A stretch of DNA of 64,000 bases from Spirulina sp. Lineage in GTDB: Bacteria > Cyanobacteriota > Cyanobacteriia > Phormidesmidales > Phormidesmidaceae. The position numbers and the translations under genes were made by a program. The DNA lies in the NCBI GenBank assembly GCA_044070495.1, contig JBIPSI010000026.1, forward strand, positions 1 to 64,000, read 5' to 3'. Shown piece after piece: positions 49,609 to 60,374 of this stretch; the stretch's first letter is position 1; every line of letters begins with the position of its first letter. The notes beneath the pieces were generated by a model. It was not told where the DNA came from and did no database searches. It saw only the letters and a list, made by a program, of their open reading frames with translations.

Positions 49609-51153
49609 TTATCCATGGGGCGTTTGCAGGCAGCGGATGGCCTCTAGCATTCCACGGGCTTTGTTGAGGGTTTCTTGGTACTCGCTTTGGGGTACGGAAT
49701 CGGCCACCAGACCTGCCCCAGCCTGGACGCTGACGGTGTGTCCACCATCGGGTTTGGCCTGCACAATCATGGTGCGAATGGTGATGGCGGTATTGAGTTG
49801 GCCCTCGAAGTCGTAGTAGCCGTAGACACCGGAGTAGGGGCCACGGCGGCAGGGTTCCAGGTCGTGGATAATCTGCATGGCGCGAATTTTCGGCGCACCG
49901 CTGACGGTACCCGCCGGGAAGCAAGCCTTGAGCAAATCCCAGGCGGTTTTGCTGGGTTCCAGTTCTCCCACCACGTTGCTGACGATGTGCATGACGTGGG
50001 AGTAGCGTTCCACCACCATCAGTTCATCCACCCGTACGGTGCCGCTGGTGCAGACGCGGCCTAGGTCGTTGCGGCCCAAATCCACCAGCATGACGTGTTC
50101 GGCGATTTCCTTGGGGTCGGCCAGCAGGTCTTCTTCGTAGGCTTTGTCTGCGGCGGCGGTTTTGCCCCTGGGGCGCGTTCCGGCAATGGGGCGCACGGTG
50201 GCAATGCGGGGAGACTCTGGCCCATTATCCAGGGTGGCCTTTACCATCACTTCCGGGCTGGAGCCGATGATCTGCCAGTCTTGGAAATTGAAGTAGGCCA
50301 TGTAGGGAGAGGGGTTGATCTGCCGCAGGGAGCGGTACAGATCGAAGGGTTGCCCCCCATATTCCGTGGACAGCCGCTGGGAAATGACGACCTGGAAAAT
50401 GTCTCCGGCCTGGATGTGCTCCTTGGCCCGATCCACACAGGCACAGAATTCTTCGGGGGTGCGGTTGCTGGTAAAAGCCAAGGGTTCCTCGCCGCGATGT
50501 CCTGGCGGTGCCCAGGGTAAGCGTCCTTGCTTTTCCGACAAGGGCAACGTGAGTTTTTCGACGAGTTGACCCACCCGACCACAGGCTTCTTCGTAGGCTG
50601 CACGGGGATCGCGGCTGGAATCTCGCAGGTCGGCATAGGCAATGGCCCACACCTTGCGCTGCACCTGGTCAAAAATTAGCAAACTATCCACCTGCATCCA
50701 CAGGCCGTCGGGTAACTCATCCTCGGTGGCGGGATAGACGGGCACAGTGGGTTCAATCCAGCGGATCAGTTCGTAGCCCCAAAAGCCAAACAGGCCACCA
50801 ATACCGGAGGGCAGGGCCGGAATTTTGACCGGATGGTAGGGGGCGAGGCAGTCCGCCAAAATCTCGAAGGGGTTGCCCTCAAAGCGGTTCACGGTGCCGT
50901 CTCGGTGGGTTTGGGTGGAGACTTCGCCCCGGCTTTCCATCACCCACAGCGGGTCGCAGCCGAGGAAACTATAGCGGCCCAGGGTTTCGCCCCCCTCCAC
51001 CGACTCCAGCAAAAAGCTGTAGGGTTGCCCCGCACAGACCTTATACCAGGCCGAAACGGGGGTATCCAAATCCGCCAACCACTCTTGGTAGACCGGAACA
51101 AAGTTACCCTGGCTGGCGTAGGTCTGAAACTGCTCGAAGGACGGGGAGATCAT
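49609..51153 (-). CDS. trpE: Anthranilate synthase component I
   Basis: LLESVEGG, NPSPYM, PIAGTRPRG, EHVMLVDLGRND, GTVSGAPK. Confidence 0.97.
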   Translation of the reverse strand: MISPSFEQFQTYASQGNFVPVYQEWLADLDTPVSAWYKVCAGQPYSFLLESVEGGETLGRYSFLGCDPLWVMESRGEVSTQTHRDGTVNRFEGNPFEILADCLAPYHPVKIPALPSGIGGLFGFWGYELIRWIEPTVPVYPATEDELPDGLWMQVDSLLIFDQVQRKVWAIAYADLRDSSRDPRAAYEEACGRVGQLVEKLTLPLSEKQGRLPWAPPGHRGEEPLAFTSNRTPEEFCACVDRAKEHIQAGDIFQVVISQRLSTEYGGQPFDLYRSLRQINPSPYMAYFNFQDWQIIGSSPEVMVKATLDNGPESPRIATVRPIAGTRPRGKTAAADKAYEEDLLADPKEIAEHVMLVDLGRNDLGRVCTSGTVRVDELMVVERYSHVMHIVSNVVGELEPSKTAWDLLKACFPAGTVSGAPKIRAMQIIHDLEPCRRGPYSGVYGYYDFEGQLNTAITIRTMIVQAKPDGGHTVSVQAGAGLVADSVPQSEYQETLNKARGMLEAIRCLQTPHG

Positions 51154-51299
51154 GGGGCTATTCTACAAACCGAGAAAAGTAAAAAGGGCATAGCGTTGCC
51201 ATGCCCCAGGTATCAGGATATAGATGTTTGCAACAGAGAGAACAACCAAAAGGAGTAGACCATTACTGCGAAAGCAACGATTACGGTCAGCGACCGAAT

Positions 51300-51728
51300 C
51301 TAGACTTCGTAGGGGGCCTTGCCGCTGAATTTGACGGTGGCCGGATCGGGGTTGGAACCGATGTTGCGAGCCACGCTGCCCACGGCGGTACGGCCTTCGT
51401 TCACCTTCTCAGGGAAGACGCCATCGGCGGGGTGCAGATATTGGGTCTCGCCGCTGGGATAGATGCGGTAGATCTTGAAATCTTCAATTTTGGGCTTGAA
51501 CTTGGTGCGAAGCTGGGTGCCTAGGGCAAGACACTGCTCTTTGCGGGCCAGATACAGAAGGTTTTCCCCTTCATTCATCATGGCCGCGCCACCCGTGGGC
51601 ATTTCAAAAACCTGCTTCTTAGAGCTGGTCCAGGTGATGGCGTATTTTTCCTCAACCTGAGCCTTGGTCAGAAGGCCGCCGGTGCTGCCCCCGAAAATAG
51701 GTGTTTGACCTGTAAGCGTTTCAGTCAT
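51300..51728 (-). CDS. psaD: Photosystem I subunit II
   Basis: [39 protein letters not shown]. Confidence 0.99.
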   Translation of the reverse strand: MTETLTGQTPIFGGSTGGLLTKAQVEEKYAITWTSSKKQVFEMPTGGAAMMNEGENLLYLARKEQCLALGTQLRTKFKPKIEDFKIYRIYPSGETQYLHPADGVFPEKVNEGRTAVGSVARNIGSNPDPATVKFSGKAPYEV

Positions 51729-52059
51729 GAATTCCTATCTCTCAACCGTTTGTTGGGAATCCTATCATCGCGACCCTAGACAGTAATACCAATTGTTGAG
51801 GAAGTGTAACAGTTCTTCAGAGAAACCTGGGCTTTCTTCACCCTGGGATCCCTCAAACCACCGCCACAGAACCCATCTAGAACGGGTAAACGCTGTGGGT
51901 CAGGAATTTTCACCCTATCTAGGACGACCCTTTGCAGACCCCCCAAGATGACCCAGGGAACGGCCACGCCGACGCTAGCAGAAACACGCTCTACCGATTG
52001 CTGTCAAGGATTTACGCCATCGCTGGGGAACCGCTTGTCAACGCCTTGTACAGAGACGC

Positions 52060-52707
52060 TTACATCACCCCAAACAACGTAGCGGCCCGTTCACCAATGG
52101 CGTGCAGATTCCGGAGAAGATCGTGGCGGATGTGGCGTTCTAGCAGGCCAGCGGGCATGGCACGGGGCGGACAAATCAGCAGGTCGTAGCCCAGGCGAGT
52201 ACGGGGGGCCGTCGCACTGGCCAAGGGTGAGAGCGTCCATTGGCCCTCAAACTGGCGAAAATCCCCTTCCACCATGGTAAAACGCAGTTCATGGGGGAAA
52301 TTCTCCACCGTATCCAGCACCACACGGGCACAGAACCGCACATTCAGCAAAGACTGGGCACCCACTTGCTCTAGGCGAATACCACCCTCAGGGTGACGGA
52401 GGCGGCGGCTCTGGACAAGGTTGGGAATAAACTCGGCCAGATTATCGTAGTCGGTGAGAATCTGCCAAAGCTGCTCGACGGTGAAGGGCAAATCGGTAAT
52501 GGCGTGGATGCGGCGCTGACGACCCGCTAGCTTTTCAGTGTGGATGGCAATGCCGCCCTCAATGCGGTCTTCAATCTCGTCATCCTCAGCCTGATCTTCC
52601 CCCTCGTCCCAGTCGTCCTGCAAGGCTAGGGCATCGTCAACGGCCCAGCTACTCGCCTCCAAGGGCGCACCTTCAGACAAGGATCGGTTGTGGAAATCGG
52701 TGGTCAT
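52060..52707 (-). CDS. SRPBCC/polyketide cyclase-dehydrase family protein
   Basis: WQILTDYDNLAEFIPNL, MVEGDFRQFEGQW. Confidence 0.88.
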   Translation of the reverse strand: MTTDFHNRSLSEGAPLEASSWAVDDALALQDDWDEGEDQAEDDEIEDRIEGGIAIHTEKLAGRQRRIHAITDLPFTVEQLWQILTDYDNLAEFIPNLVQSRRLRHPEGGIRLEQVGAQSLLNVRFCARVVLDTVENFPHELRFTMVEGDFRQFEGQWTLSPLASATAPRTRLGYDLLICPPRAMPAGLLERHIRHDLLRNLHAIGERAATLFGVM

Positions 52708-52879
52708 GGCATCGATCAGGATTTCTTTGCCCAGAATACCAGCAAAGTTTGCCCGCAGAGCCGCCCCACCCTAGATACCTCGTCCTTAGAAGGAGAGCGA
52801 GGCTAGCTGTACGCGAAAGGGATGGCCTCTGAAGGGGCCATTTAGACTCAATCCGGCTTGCTCACCCCCTGATGTCGGC

Positions 52880-52902
52880 GGGCGAGGAGACCTCGCCCCT
52901 AC
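52880..52902 (-). repeat. GTAG-family REP copy (perfect)
   Basis: gggcgaggagacctcgcccctac. Confidence 0.9.
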
Positions 52903-52955
52903 TACGGCTAGGCTTGGGGGTCGGGGTTGTGGATGCAGATTGGGGATGACTGGGC

Positions 52956-54320
52956 CTAGGCGGTGGGCTGATGGCGGCGGAAACCCAAGGAAAAGCAGGT
53001 CTGCCAGAGTTGTTCGCCCAGGGGTTGGCTGGTCGCCGTAATGGTGCCATCGATCTGCTCCATCAGCCCCCGTACCAAGGCCAGCCCCGTGCCCGTACCG
53101 GGAATAGCGTCCTTGGTGGCGTTGCGGCCCCGGCGGAATTTCTCGAAGATATGGGGCAATTCGTCGGCGTGGATGCCAGCCCCCACATTGCTAAGCTGCA
53201 CCGTGGCCTGGGTATCGGCCTCGGCAGGCTTGGCGAGGGTTAGGGTGATGGTGCTGCCCGGAGCAGCGTACTTGCGGGCGTTGGTTAGCAGCTCTTGCAT
53301 TGCCCTCGTTAGGTGGCTGGCGGAGGCCAAAATTCGCACTGGCTCCTGGGGCAGGGTCAGCACTAGAGACAACTGCGCCGCCGCTAGGGATTCCTGGGAC
53401 TCCTTGGCCAGGGTGGTGAGCACCTGCACCAAGTCCACGGGCATGAGGCAGGTGCGGTTGGCCCCGGTATCCACGGTTTGCAGCATCAGCAGGTCGTTGA
53501 CCAGATTGGTTTCGCGGCTGCACTGCTGCTCCAAAATATCGAGGTACATGGCCGCTCGCTCTGGGGTGAGGTCGGGCCGCCGCAGCATCCGAATGGCCAG
53601 CATCATGCTAGTGAGGGGGGTGCGCAGTTCGTGGTTGAGGGTGCTGAGAAAGTCTTCCTTGAGGTAGTTCAGGTAGCGCAGTTGCTCGTTGCACTGCTGG
53701 GTCTGCTGCTGGAGGTGGTGTTGGTGCAGGGCAATGGCGACCACACTCGCTAGGTTCACAGCGAGGGATTCCTCGATGGTCAAACTTGGGTGGCTGCGAT
53801 GATTCAGCCATACCACAACCCCTTCGCAGTCGGGGGCGGCGGTGATGGCCATGGAACGATAGACCTGGAGACCCGCTAGGGCACTAGCCTCTAGCTCGTT
53901 CTCTGGAAGGATCGACAGCAGACCATCGCGCCAGGGCAGACGGGTAGCGGTGAGTTGGGGGCTAGCAAACTGTTGGATGAGACCGCCAGCCACGCGATGC
54001 TGTAGGGCCGCCTGGGGAGAACTGCCCAGGGTGGGTAGCTGACAAAGCTGTACCGGAGAGCTACTTTGCCAAAGGGTGTAGGTCGTGCGGTTGGTGGGGG
54101 CATGGTGCCATAGCAGCAGACAAGCCTCGGCCCCAAGCTGAGAACCCAGCACCTCGGTAATTTGGTGCAGGGTGTAGGGCGTATTGAGGGTGGCGGTAAG
54201 GGTGTGCAGCAGTTGGCACGCGATGTGTTGGGTGTCGGCGGAACTGCTGGTGGCTGGAGGTATGCGCTCATCCCCGGCTGGTCGCACTGAAAACAAGACG
54301 GGGGGGTGATCAGATGCCAT
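52956..54320 (-). CDS. Sensor histidine kinase (degenerate GAF-like, HisKA, HATPase)
   Basis: HELRTPLTS, ELLTNARKY, GTGTGLAL. Confidence 0.92.
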   Translation of the reverse strand: MASDHPPVLFSVRPAGDERIPPATSSSADTQHIACQLLHTLTATLNTPYTLHQITEVLGSQLGAEACLLLWHHAPTNRTTYTLWQSSSPVQLCQLPTLGSSPQAALQHRVAGGLIQQFASPQLTATRLPWRDGLLSILPENELEASALAGLQVYRSMAITAAPDCEGVVVWLNHRSHPSLTIEESLAVNLASVVAIALHQHHLQQQTQQCNEQLRYLNYLKEDFLSTLNHELRTPLTSMMLAIRMLRRPDLTPERAAMYLDILEQQCSRETNLVNDLLMLQTVDTGANRTCLMPVDLVQVLTTLAKESQESLAAAQLSLVLTLPQEPVRILASASHLTRAMQELLTNARKYAAPGSTITLTLAKPAEADTQATVQLSNVGAGIHADELPHIFEKFRRGRNATKDAIPGTGTGLALVRGLMEQIDGTITATSQPLGEQLWQTCFSLGFRRHQPTA

Positions 54321-54651
54321 GGCCCTAGGGATGAACGACTGCCCTGAATCCTTAGCCAGGGGGAGAGAATCCTGTGAGTTGAGGTTTTTTCTTCCCCCTG
54401 ACTACCTATAGCCTAATGGCTGCCTCCCATAGCGGTATCCGTAATATTGCCAATTTTTGAGGGCCTCCTGTTTTGAGATCCTGCGCATTTCCCGGATCCC
54501 TTGGGTAAAAGCCTTACATAGCAACCGCTGCTCCTAGGGCAACCTACAGATGGCCTGCCCTAGTCCCGGAAGGCAGGCGGAGGGCACCCAGAGCAGGATG
54601 CCACAGAAGCCTTGCCGCGTTGGCAAATCAGTGGGTTATTTCTGCCTCAGC

Positions 54652-56157
54652 CTACTGGCCCTGGGATTGTTGGCCCTGGGATTGTTGGCCCTGGATCTGA
54701 CTTTGAAACTGGGCTTTGGAGTTGACGGAACGCACCACCCAGGTGTCTTTACTGCCGCCCCCCTGGGAGGAGTTGACCACGAGGGATCCCCGTTTTAGGG
54801 CCACGCGGGTGAGACCACCGGGGTTCACGTAAATATCCTGGCCGTAGAGGATATAGGGACGCAGGTCTACATGACAGCCCTCAAAGCCGCCGTCGATTAA
54901 GGTGGGGACGCGGGAGAGGCAGAGGGTGGGCTGGGCGATATAACCCCTGGGGTTGGCGCGAATGCGGTCGGCAAATTCCAGGCGTTGGTCTTCGCTGGCG
55001 TGGGGGCCAACCAACATGCCATAGCCACCGGAGGCATTGGTAGCCTTGACCACCAGCTTGTCTAAGTTGCTGAGAACGTGGGCTTGCTGGGTGGGGTCTT
55101 CGCACAAAAAGGTGGGCACGTTGGGGATGATTTGGTCTTCGTCGAGGTAGTAGCGGATCATTTGGGGCACGTAGGCGTAGACCAGTTTGTCATCGGCCAC
55201 GCCCGTCCCTAGGGCATTGGCAATGGCCACCCGTCCGGCGCGATAGACCTCCATCAGCCCTGGCACCCCCAGCAGGGAGTCGGGGCGGAAGGCTTGGGGG
55301 TCGATAAAGTCGTCGTCGATGCGGCGGTAGACCACATCCACCCGCTCTAGGCCCTTGGTGGTGCGCATTTTTAGGTAGCCGTCAGACACGACGAGATCGC
55401 GTCCTTCCACCAGTTCTGCCCCAATTTGCTGGGCCAGGAAGGAATGCTCGAAGTAGGCGGAGTTGTACATACCGGGGGTGAGCACCGCCACGCGAGGGGT
55501 GATCAGGGTTTCAGGGGCGAGGTTGAGTAACGTTTCCAAGAGCTGGCTGGCATAGTCGTCTACGGCGGCAATCTCCATGGCCGAGAAGAGGTGGGGGAAG
55601 GTGGTCTTCATCACCCGCCGATTTTCCAGCACGTAGGACACACCGGAGGGACAGCGCATGTTGTCCTCCAAGACGTACCAGGTGCCGTCTTTGTCGCGCA
55701 CCAAATCCGTTCCGGTGATATGACACCAAATGTTGTTGGGCGGTTGCAGGCCCATGCAGGGTTCCAGAAAGCCCGGTGCGCTCTCGACCACATGGCGCGG
55801 AATCACCCCATCGTTGAGGATTTTTTGGTCGTTATAGACATCATGAAGAAAGCAGTTAATGGCTTGGATACGCTGCTTTAGTCCCTTTTCTAGCCATTCC
55901 CACTCGTGACCAGGAACAATACGGGGAATCACATCGAAGGGAAAGATGCGCTCGGTGCCCTGGGTGTCGCTGTAGACATTGAAGGTGACGCCCAGCTTAA
56001 ACAGGGTCTTCTGGACGGCCTGCTGCCGCTGCTGCAACTCGACTAAGGACATGGCGTTCACCCGATGGATCAATAGCTCAGCTTCGGGGCGGGGCTGGCC
56101 CTGGCCCACAAAGAGCTCGTCGTAGAAGTCACCGGGGTTGTAGGCGTCAAAGAGCAC
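54652..56157 (-). CDS. Circularly permuted ATP-grasp type 2 protein
   Basis: VLEDNMRCPSGVSY, NSAYFEH, VYRRIDD, VNSSQGGGSKDTWV. Confidence 0.93.
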   Translation of the reverse strand: MLFDAYNPGDFYDELFVGQGQPRPEAELLIHRVNAMSLVELQQRQQAVQKTLFKLGVTFNVYSDTQGTERIFPFDVIPRIVPGHEWEWLEKGLKQRIQAINCFLHDVYNDQKILNDGVIPRHVVESAPGFLEPCMGLQPPNNIWCHITGTDLVRDKDGTWYVLEDNMRCPSGVSYVLENRRVMKTTFPHLFSAMEIAAVDDYASQLLETLLNLAPETLITPRVAVLTPGMYNSAYFEHSFLAQQIGAELVEGRDLVVSDGYLKMRTTKGLERVDVVYRRIDDDFIDPQAFRPDSLLGVPGLMEVYRAGRVAIANALGTGVADDKLVYAYVPQMIRYYLDEDQIIPNVPTFLCEDPTQQAHVLSNLDKLVVKATNASGGYGMLVGPHASEDQRLEFADRIRANPRGYIAQPTLCLSRVPTLIDGGFEGCHVDLRPYILYGQDIYVNPGGLTRVALKRGSLVVNSSQGGGSKDTWVVRSVNSKAQFQSQIQGQQSQGQQSQGQ

Positions 56158-56321
56158 AGGTGCAGCCTCCCAAGGGGTAGATAGCGAGGGGATAGCACGC
56201 TGAGGCCATCACCCACCGTTCAACGGTACGCTGAGCAAAAGGCGATTCCGTCAGCGATTACACAATAGTTTTCATCTTTACTGGGTGACCTATCCCTCAG
56301 GCTGTAGCTTAGGTTACGACT

Positions 56322-57152
56322 TTAGGCCGCCACGAAGCTCGTCCAGGCTCGATAGAAGAAAAATAGCGCGAAAAAGGCAAGCAGGGCACGAAACATTAGA
56401 GTCACGATGGGATCCGGCAATTTTGGCAAGTAGCGGGTACTGCCCTGCACCCCGACTAGGCCCCCCAGACCTAACAAAACCCCGGTGAGACCCACCACAT
56501 TGCCCTGGAGCGTATGCCAACCGGAGGCGGAAAGGGCGGTGATTACAATCGCGCCCAAGCTGGTTTGGATGGCGGCTTTAATATTCTCTCGCAGCAGCAA
56601 AATTTGCAGCGGCACCATCACCACACCGCCGCCCACCCCAAAGAGTCCCGCCAAAAATCCGGCAATGCCGCCAATCAGCATCCGGGCTAGGACAGGGTTC
56701 ATCGGTGGGGATGCGGTCGAAGTTGCGGCTGGAGTTACGGTCGGGTTGGGATCATCGGCAGAATGAACACCTTGCCGCGTCGCCTGGGCAACGACCCGCT
56801 TTTTGATGCCAATTAAGTAGAGGTTGATCAGCAAGAAAAGACCAAAAATCCCCAATAGCACATACTCCGGAATATGGCTGGCTAGGGCCGTCCCCACAAA
56901 GGCCGTGACCACCGAGGGCAACCCTAGCAGCAGCACGTTGTTGAGGTTCAGGAAGCCCATGCGCCAATTTTGCAGGCTGCCCCCCAAGGAGATGATCAAT
57001 ATCGCCAGGGTGCTAGTTCCCACCGCCTGCACCGCCGATAACCCCAGAGCTACCATCACGGGCACCATCACCGTGCCGCCGCCAATGCCCAAAAACCCTG
57101 CCAGCACCCCCGCAAAGATACCCACGGCCAAAAGCAGGATAACGTCGCCCAC
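56322..57152 (-). CDS. TauE/SafE sulfite exporter family protein
   Basis: Duplicated GFLGIGGG / GLFGVGGG, AVGTS / AIQTS. Confidence 0.9.
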   Translation of the reverse strand: MGDVILLLAVGIFAGVLAGFLGIGGGTVMVPVMVALGLSAVQAVGTSTLAILIISLGGSLQNWRMGFLNLNNVLLLGLPSVVTAFVGTALASHIPEYVLLGIFGLFLLINLYLIGIKKRVVAQATRQGVHSADDPNPTVTPAATSTASPPMNPVLARMLIGGIAGFLAGLFGVGGGVVMVPLQILLLRENIKAAIQTSLGAIVITALSASGWHTLQGNVVGLTGVLLGLGGLVGVQGSTRYLPKLPDPIVTLMFRALLAFFALFFFYRAWTSFVAA

Positions 57153-57370
57153 AAAGTCCCCCGTCTCGATTGATGACGATGATGTTTAGATGCCTATTGG
57201 TGGCCTTACCGGCCCTCTTCGATAGGCGATAACTGCAAACGAAACCGTCTGCTTAGCCTTCACACCATACCAATTCTGTGATTCAGGGGGGCAACGGAGA
57301 AAAAGTGAAGACAAACCGAGCGGAGCCTTGGAGCAGAGATGGATAGGATTACCCTGGAGGTAGCGGCTGC

Positions 57371-57646
57371 TTAGTTTTTAGGATCGCCGCTGTCCTTGCC
57401 ATCTTTGCCCCCCACAAACCGATGGGAAACCGTTTCGGGCTGAATGGCGGATAGAATAGTGTGGCCTGAATCGGTAATAATCACGGCACGGGTGCGGCGG
57501 CCATAGGTAGCGTCTACCAGTTGTCCCCGCTCGCGGGCATCGCTAATGATGCGCTTGATGGGGGCCGATTCGGGGCTGACGATGGCAATTACTCGATTGG
57601 CGGACACAATATTGCCGAAGCCGATATTGATGAGCTTGATGTCCAT
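57371..57646 (-). CDS. remA: DUF370/RemA family protein
   Basis: [39 protein letters not shown]. Confidence 0.92.
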   Translation of the reverse strand: MDIKLINIGFGNIVSANRVIAIVSPESAPIKRIISDARERGQLVDATYGRRTRAVIITDSGHTILSAIQPETVSHRFVGGKDGKDSGDPKN

Positions 57647-58041
57647 AATGAATAGGTGGTGGGGGCAATGAACCGGGGGCAGACCACAGGGGCGCTAAAG
57701 CTAGGCTAGGAACGGGGCGCTAAGGCTAGGCTTTAGCGGGCATTGTCGGACAAAGCCGTCTATTATGCCTAGAATTTAGCCTATTGCTCATACTAACGAA
57801 TTGCCAGGGAGCCGGGGGAAATATCCGGCTAAATTTCAGAATTTCGTCGATTTCGTAGGATGGACTACATATTTCCTTCCGAGACTAGGGATTAGCCCAC
57901 GAAAGCGAGCCTTTTCCCAAGGCAACATCCCTATCCCCATTGCAAAATCGTTGACCTTACCTGTCTGCCAGATTAGGACGGGCCGGGGCCGGGGACTTCC
58001 GCCTCTGCCGTCCCCCTATCCCTGCCATGCCGAGGAATCCC

Positions 58042-59793
58042 ATGCAACCCGTTGACTTCACAACCCTCATGGCCGTCTGCCACGACCTACGGGCCAATTG
58101 GGTGCCCGCCCGCTGCGAACAGGTGGTGCAGTGCAACACGACAACCCTCGCCATCGCCCTCCGCACCTTGGACCGCCGGGGTTGGCTGACGGTGTCTTGG
58201 CATCCCCAGGCGGCGCGGTTGCACCTGGGCGAGGCTCCCCCCAAGGGGCCGGATACCTTCACCTTTAGCCAGCAGCTCAAGCACCAGTTAAATCAATTGG
58301 CGCTGGTGGCCATTGAATCGGTGGCTCCTTGGGAACGGGTGCTGGACTTGCAGTTTGGCCGCCGCCCCGGCGATCCGCCCCAGTGGCATCTGTATGTGGA
58401 AATTATGGGCAAGTACAGCAACGTGATTTTGGCCAACGACCAGAATCAAATCGTCACCGCCGCCCACCAGGTCAGCGATCAACAGTCGCGGGTGCGACCG
58501 ATTCAAACCGGGGATCCCTACGTGCTCCCCCCGGCGATGATGAACACCCTGCCCAACCTGAAGGAATCCCAAACAAGCTGGCAGGAACGGGTGACTCTAG
58601 TGCCCAGCACCCTCAAAAAAATGCTGATGCAGAGCTATGGCGGCCTCAGTTCGGCCCTGGTGGCGACCTTGGTGGGGGCGGCGCAACTCAGCCCCAACCA
58701 ACCCGCTGAGGAACTGACCCAGGCCGATTGGGATCGATTATTTACGGTGTGGCAACGCTGGCTGATGACCCTGGAGAAGGGGCAGTTTTTTCCTGGCCGC
58801 ACCACCACGGGGTACACGGTGCTAGATTGGAATGCCCTCGCCCCCGTCGATGACCTCCACGATCTACTCAACGACTACTACCGCGATGAACTGAATCGAC
58901 AGCAGTTTGACCGTTTGAGGAATCAGCTTCAGCAAAAACTGAAGGGCCACCTAGAAAAGCTGGGTCAAAAGGCCGACACCTTCCGCCAGCGGTTGGATCA
59001 ATCTGCCCAGGCCGAAGACCTGCGGCAACAGGCTGATTTACTGATGACCTACAGCCACCAGTGGCAACCCGGTCTAACCGCCATGACCCTGGCGGACTTT
59101 GAAACGGGCGCACCCGTCACTATCCCCATCGACCCCGACAAAACCGCCATTCAGCAGGCCCAGCGCCTCTACAAACAGCACCAAAAACTAAAGCGGGCTA
59201 AGGACAAGGTGTTGCCCCTACTGAACGACGTGGAGGCCGAACTGAACTACCTCGAACAGGTAGACGACGCCCTGGGCCAGATTGCCAGCTACGGCGAACC
59301 CACCGACCTAGAAGCCCTCACCGATATTCGCGACGAACTGGTGCAGCAGGGCTACCTTGCCTCCCCCGACTATCGCCCCAATGATCGCCGCAACCCCACC
59401 GACGCCTTTCGCCAGTTGCAAAGCCCTAGCGGTCTGGCGGTGCTGGTGGGCCGCAACAATCGCCAAAACGACCTGCTGATTTCCACCGTCGCCACCGACT
59501 ACGACCTTTGGTTTCACACCCAGGAAATCCCCGGTAGCCACGTGCTGCTGCGCCTGGGGGCAGGCCAAGTGCCCAGCGAAACCGACCTGCAATTTGTGGC
59601 CGATATCGCCGCCTACTTTAGCCGCGCCCGCCAATCCGACCAGGTACCCGTCATCTATACCCAGCCCCGCCATGTCTATAAGCCCAAGGGTGCCCGCCCC
59701 GGCATGGTAATTTACAAACACGAAACCGTTCTGTGGGGCCAACCCCAACGCCTGCGTCAGTCGCCGCCCACCTCGGTTGCTGGCCAACCCTAG
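58042..59793 (+). CDS. NFACT family protein (RqcH/FbpA)
   Basis: ERV, EIMGKYSN, VGRNNRQND, WFHTQEIPGSHV, KPKGARPG; start at ATG 58042 after GAGGA. Confidence 0.93.
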   Translation: MQPVDFTTLMAVCHDLRANWVPARCEQVVQCNTTTLAIALRTLDRRGWLTVSWHPQAARLHLGEAPPKGPDTFTFSQQLKHQLNQLALVAIESVAPWERVLDLQFGRRPGDPPQWHLYVEIMGKYSNVILANDQNQIVTAAHQVSDQQSRVRPIQTGDPYVLPPAMMNTLPNLKESQTSWQERVTLVPSTLKKMLMQSYGGLSSALVATLVGAAQLSPNQPAEELTQADWDRLFTVWQRWLMTLEKGQFFPGRTTTGYTVLDWNALAPVDDLHDLLNDYYRDELNRQQFDRLRNQLQQKLKGHLEKLGQKADTFRQRLDQSAQAEDLRQQADLLMTYSHQWQPGLTAMTLADFETGAPVTIPIDPDKTAIQQAQRLYKQHQKLKRAKDKVLPLLNDVEAELNYLEQVDDALGQIASYGEPTDLEALTDIRDELVQQGYLASPDYRPNDRRNPTDAFRQLQSPSGLAVLVGRNNRQNDLLISTVATDYDLWFHTQEIPGSHVLLRLGAGQVPSETDLQFVADIAAYFSRARQSDQVPVIYTQPRHVYKPKGARPGMVIYKHETVLWGQPQRLRQSPPTSVAGQP

Positions 59794-60006
59794 GGGCCGT
59801 CATCCAACACACTCAAACCCTGATCTTGCCGTTGACCTGAACAGATGGAGTGCCTAATAACCCTGAATTTCATCCCATTAATAACGCGGCCTAGGGCGGG
59901 ATTATTCGACTAAGTACATTTGCTCATCAGCCTAGGTTATCGAACCCGGACATATTGACTAGAGATTTTGTAAAGAGAAATCTGTACTTGTTGTTACAAT
60001 AGAAGA

Positions 60007-60139
60007 CGGAGGAGATGAGAGCCCTCCCACGGAAGCTACCCTTAGCGCATAGGCTTTGAGGCGGTTTCCTCCAAATTGAGAGAACAACATAGGTATTCAA
60101 GATTACCTGCGTCGGCTTCGAGAGAAGCCGATTTTTTTT
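60007..60139 (+). ncRNA. Candidate sRNA, PsrR1(SyR1)-like
   Basis: Extended -10 TGtTACAAT (59992-60000), loop ACATAGGT, terminator GTCGGCTTC/GAAGCCGAT plus T8; about 132 nt. Confidence 0.55.
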
Positions 60140-60214
60140 CAGTGTAGCAATGCGTTAATCGTGCGTGATACCGCATCCGAATTCCATCACCCCGACGCCC
60201 AACCCCGTCAAACC

Positions 60215-60237
60215 GTAGGGGCAAGGTCTCCTCGCCC
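60215..60237 (+). repeat. GTAG-family REP copy
   Basis: gtaggggcaaggtctcctcgccc. Confidence 0.88.
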
Positions 60238-60374
60238 AACTCAACCGTGGGTAAGCCCTCAGGATTTAGGATGAGACAACGCCATGGCTGGGTGGAGGAG
60301 TCAGGCCGAGCGAGCACTGACCAAGCAGAGTGGGCATAATTAAGGCGAGTCAATTCTAGAGCGGCCCCTGCACC

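Noticed and set aside
49436..49924. 162-aa minus-strand ORF
   Set aside because: Alternative frame of trpE running into the repeat mosaic
51790..51815. RpaB HLR1 site upstream of psaD
   Set aside because: Only one good half-site (GTTACACT); plausible but not supportable
60042..60353. 103-aa minus-strand ORF
   Set aside because: Crosses a REP and the sRNA terminator; better explained as non-coding
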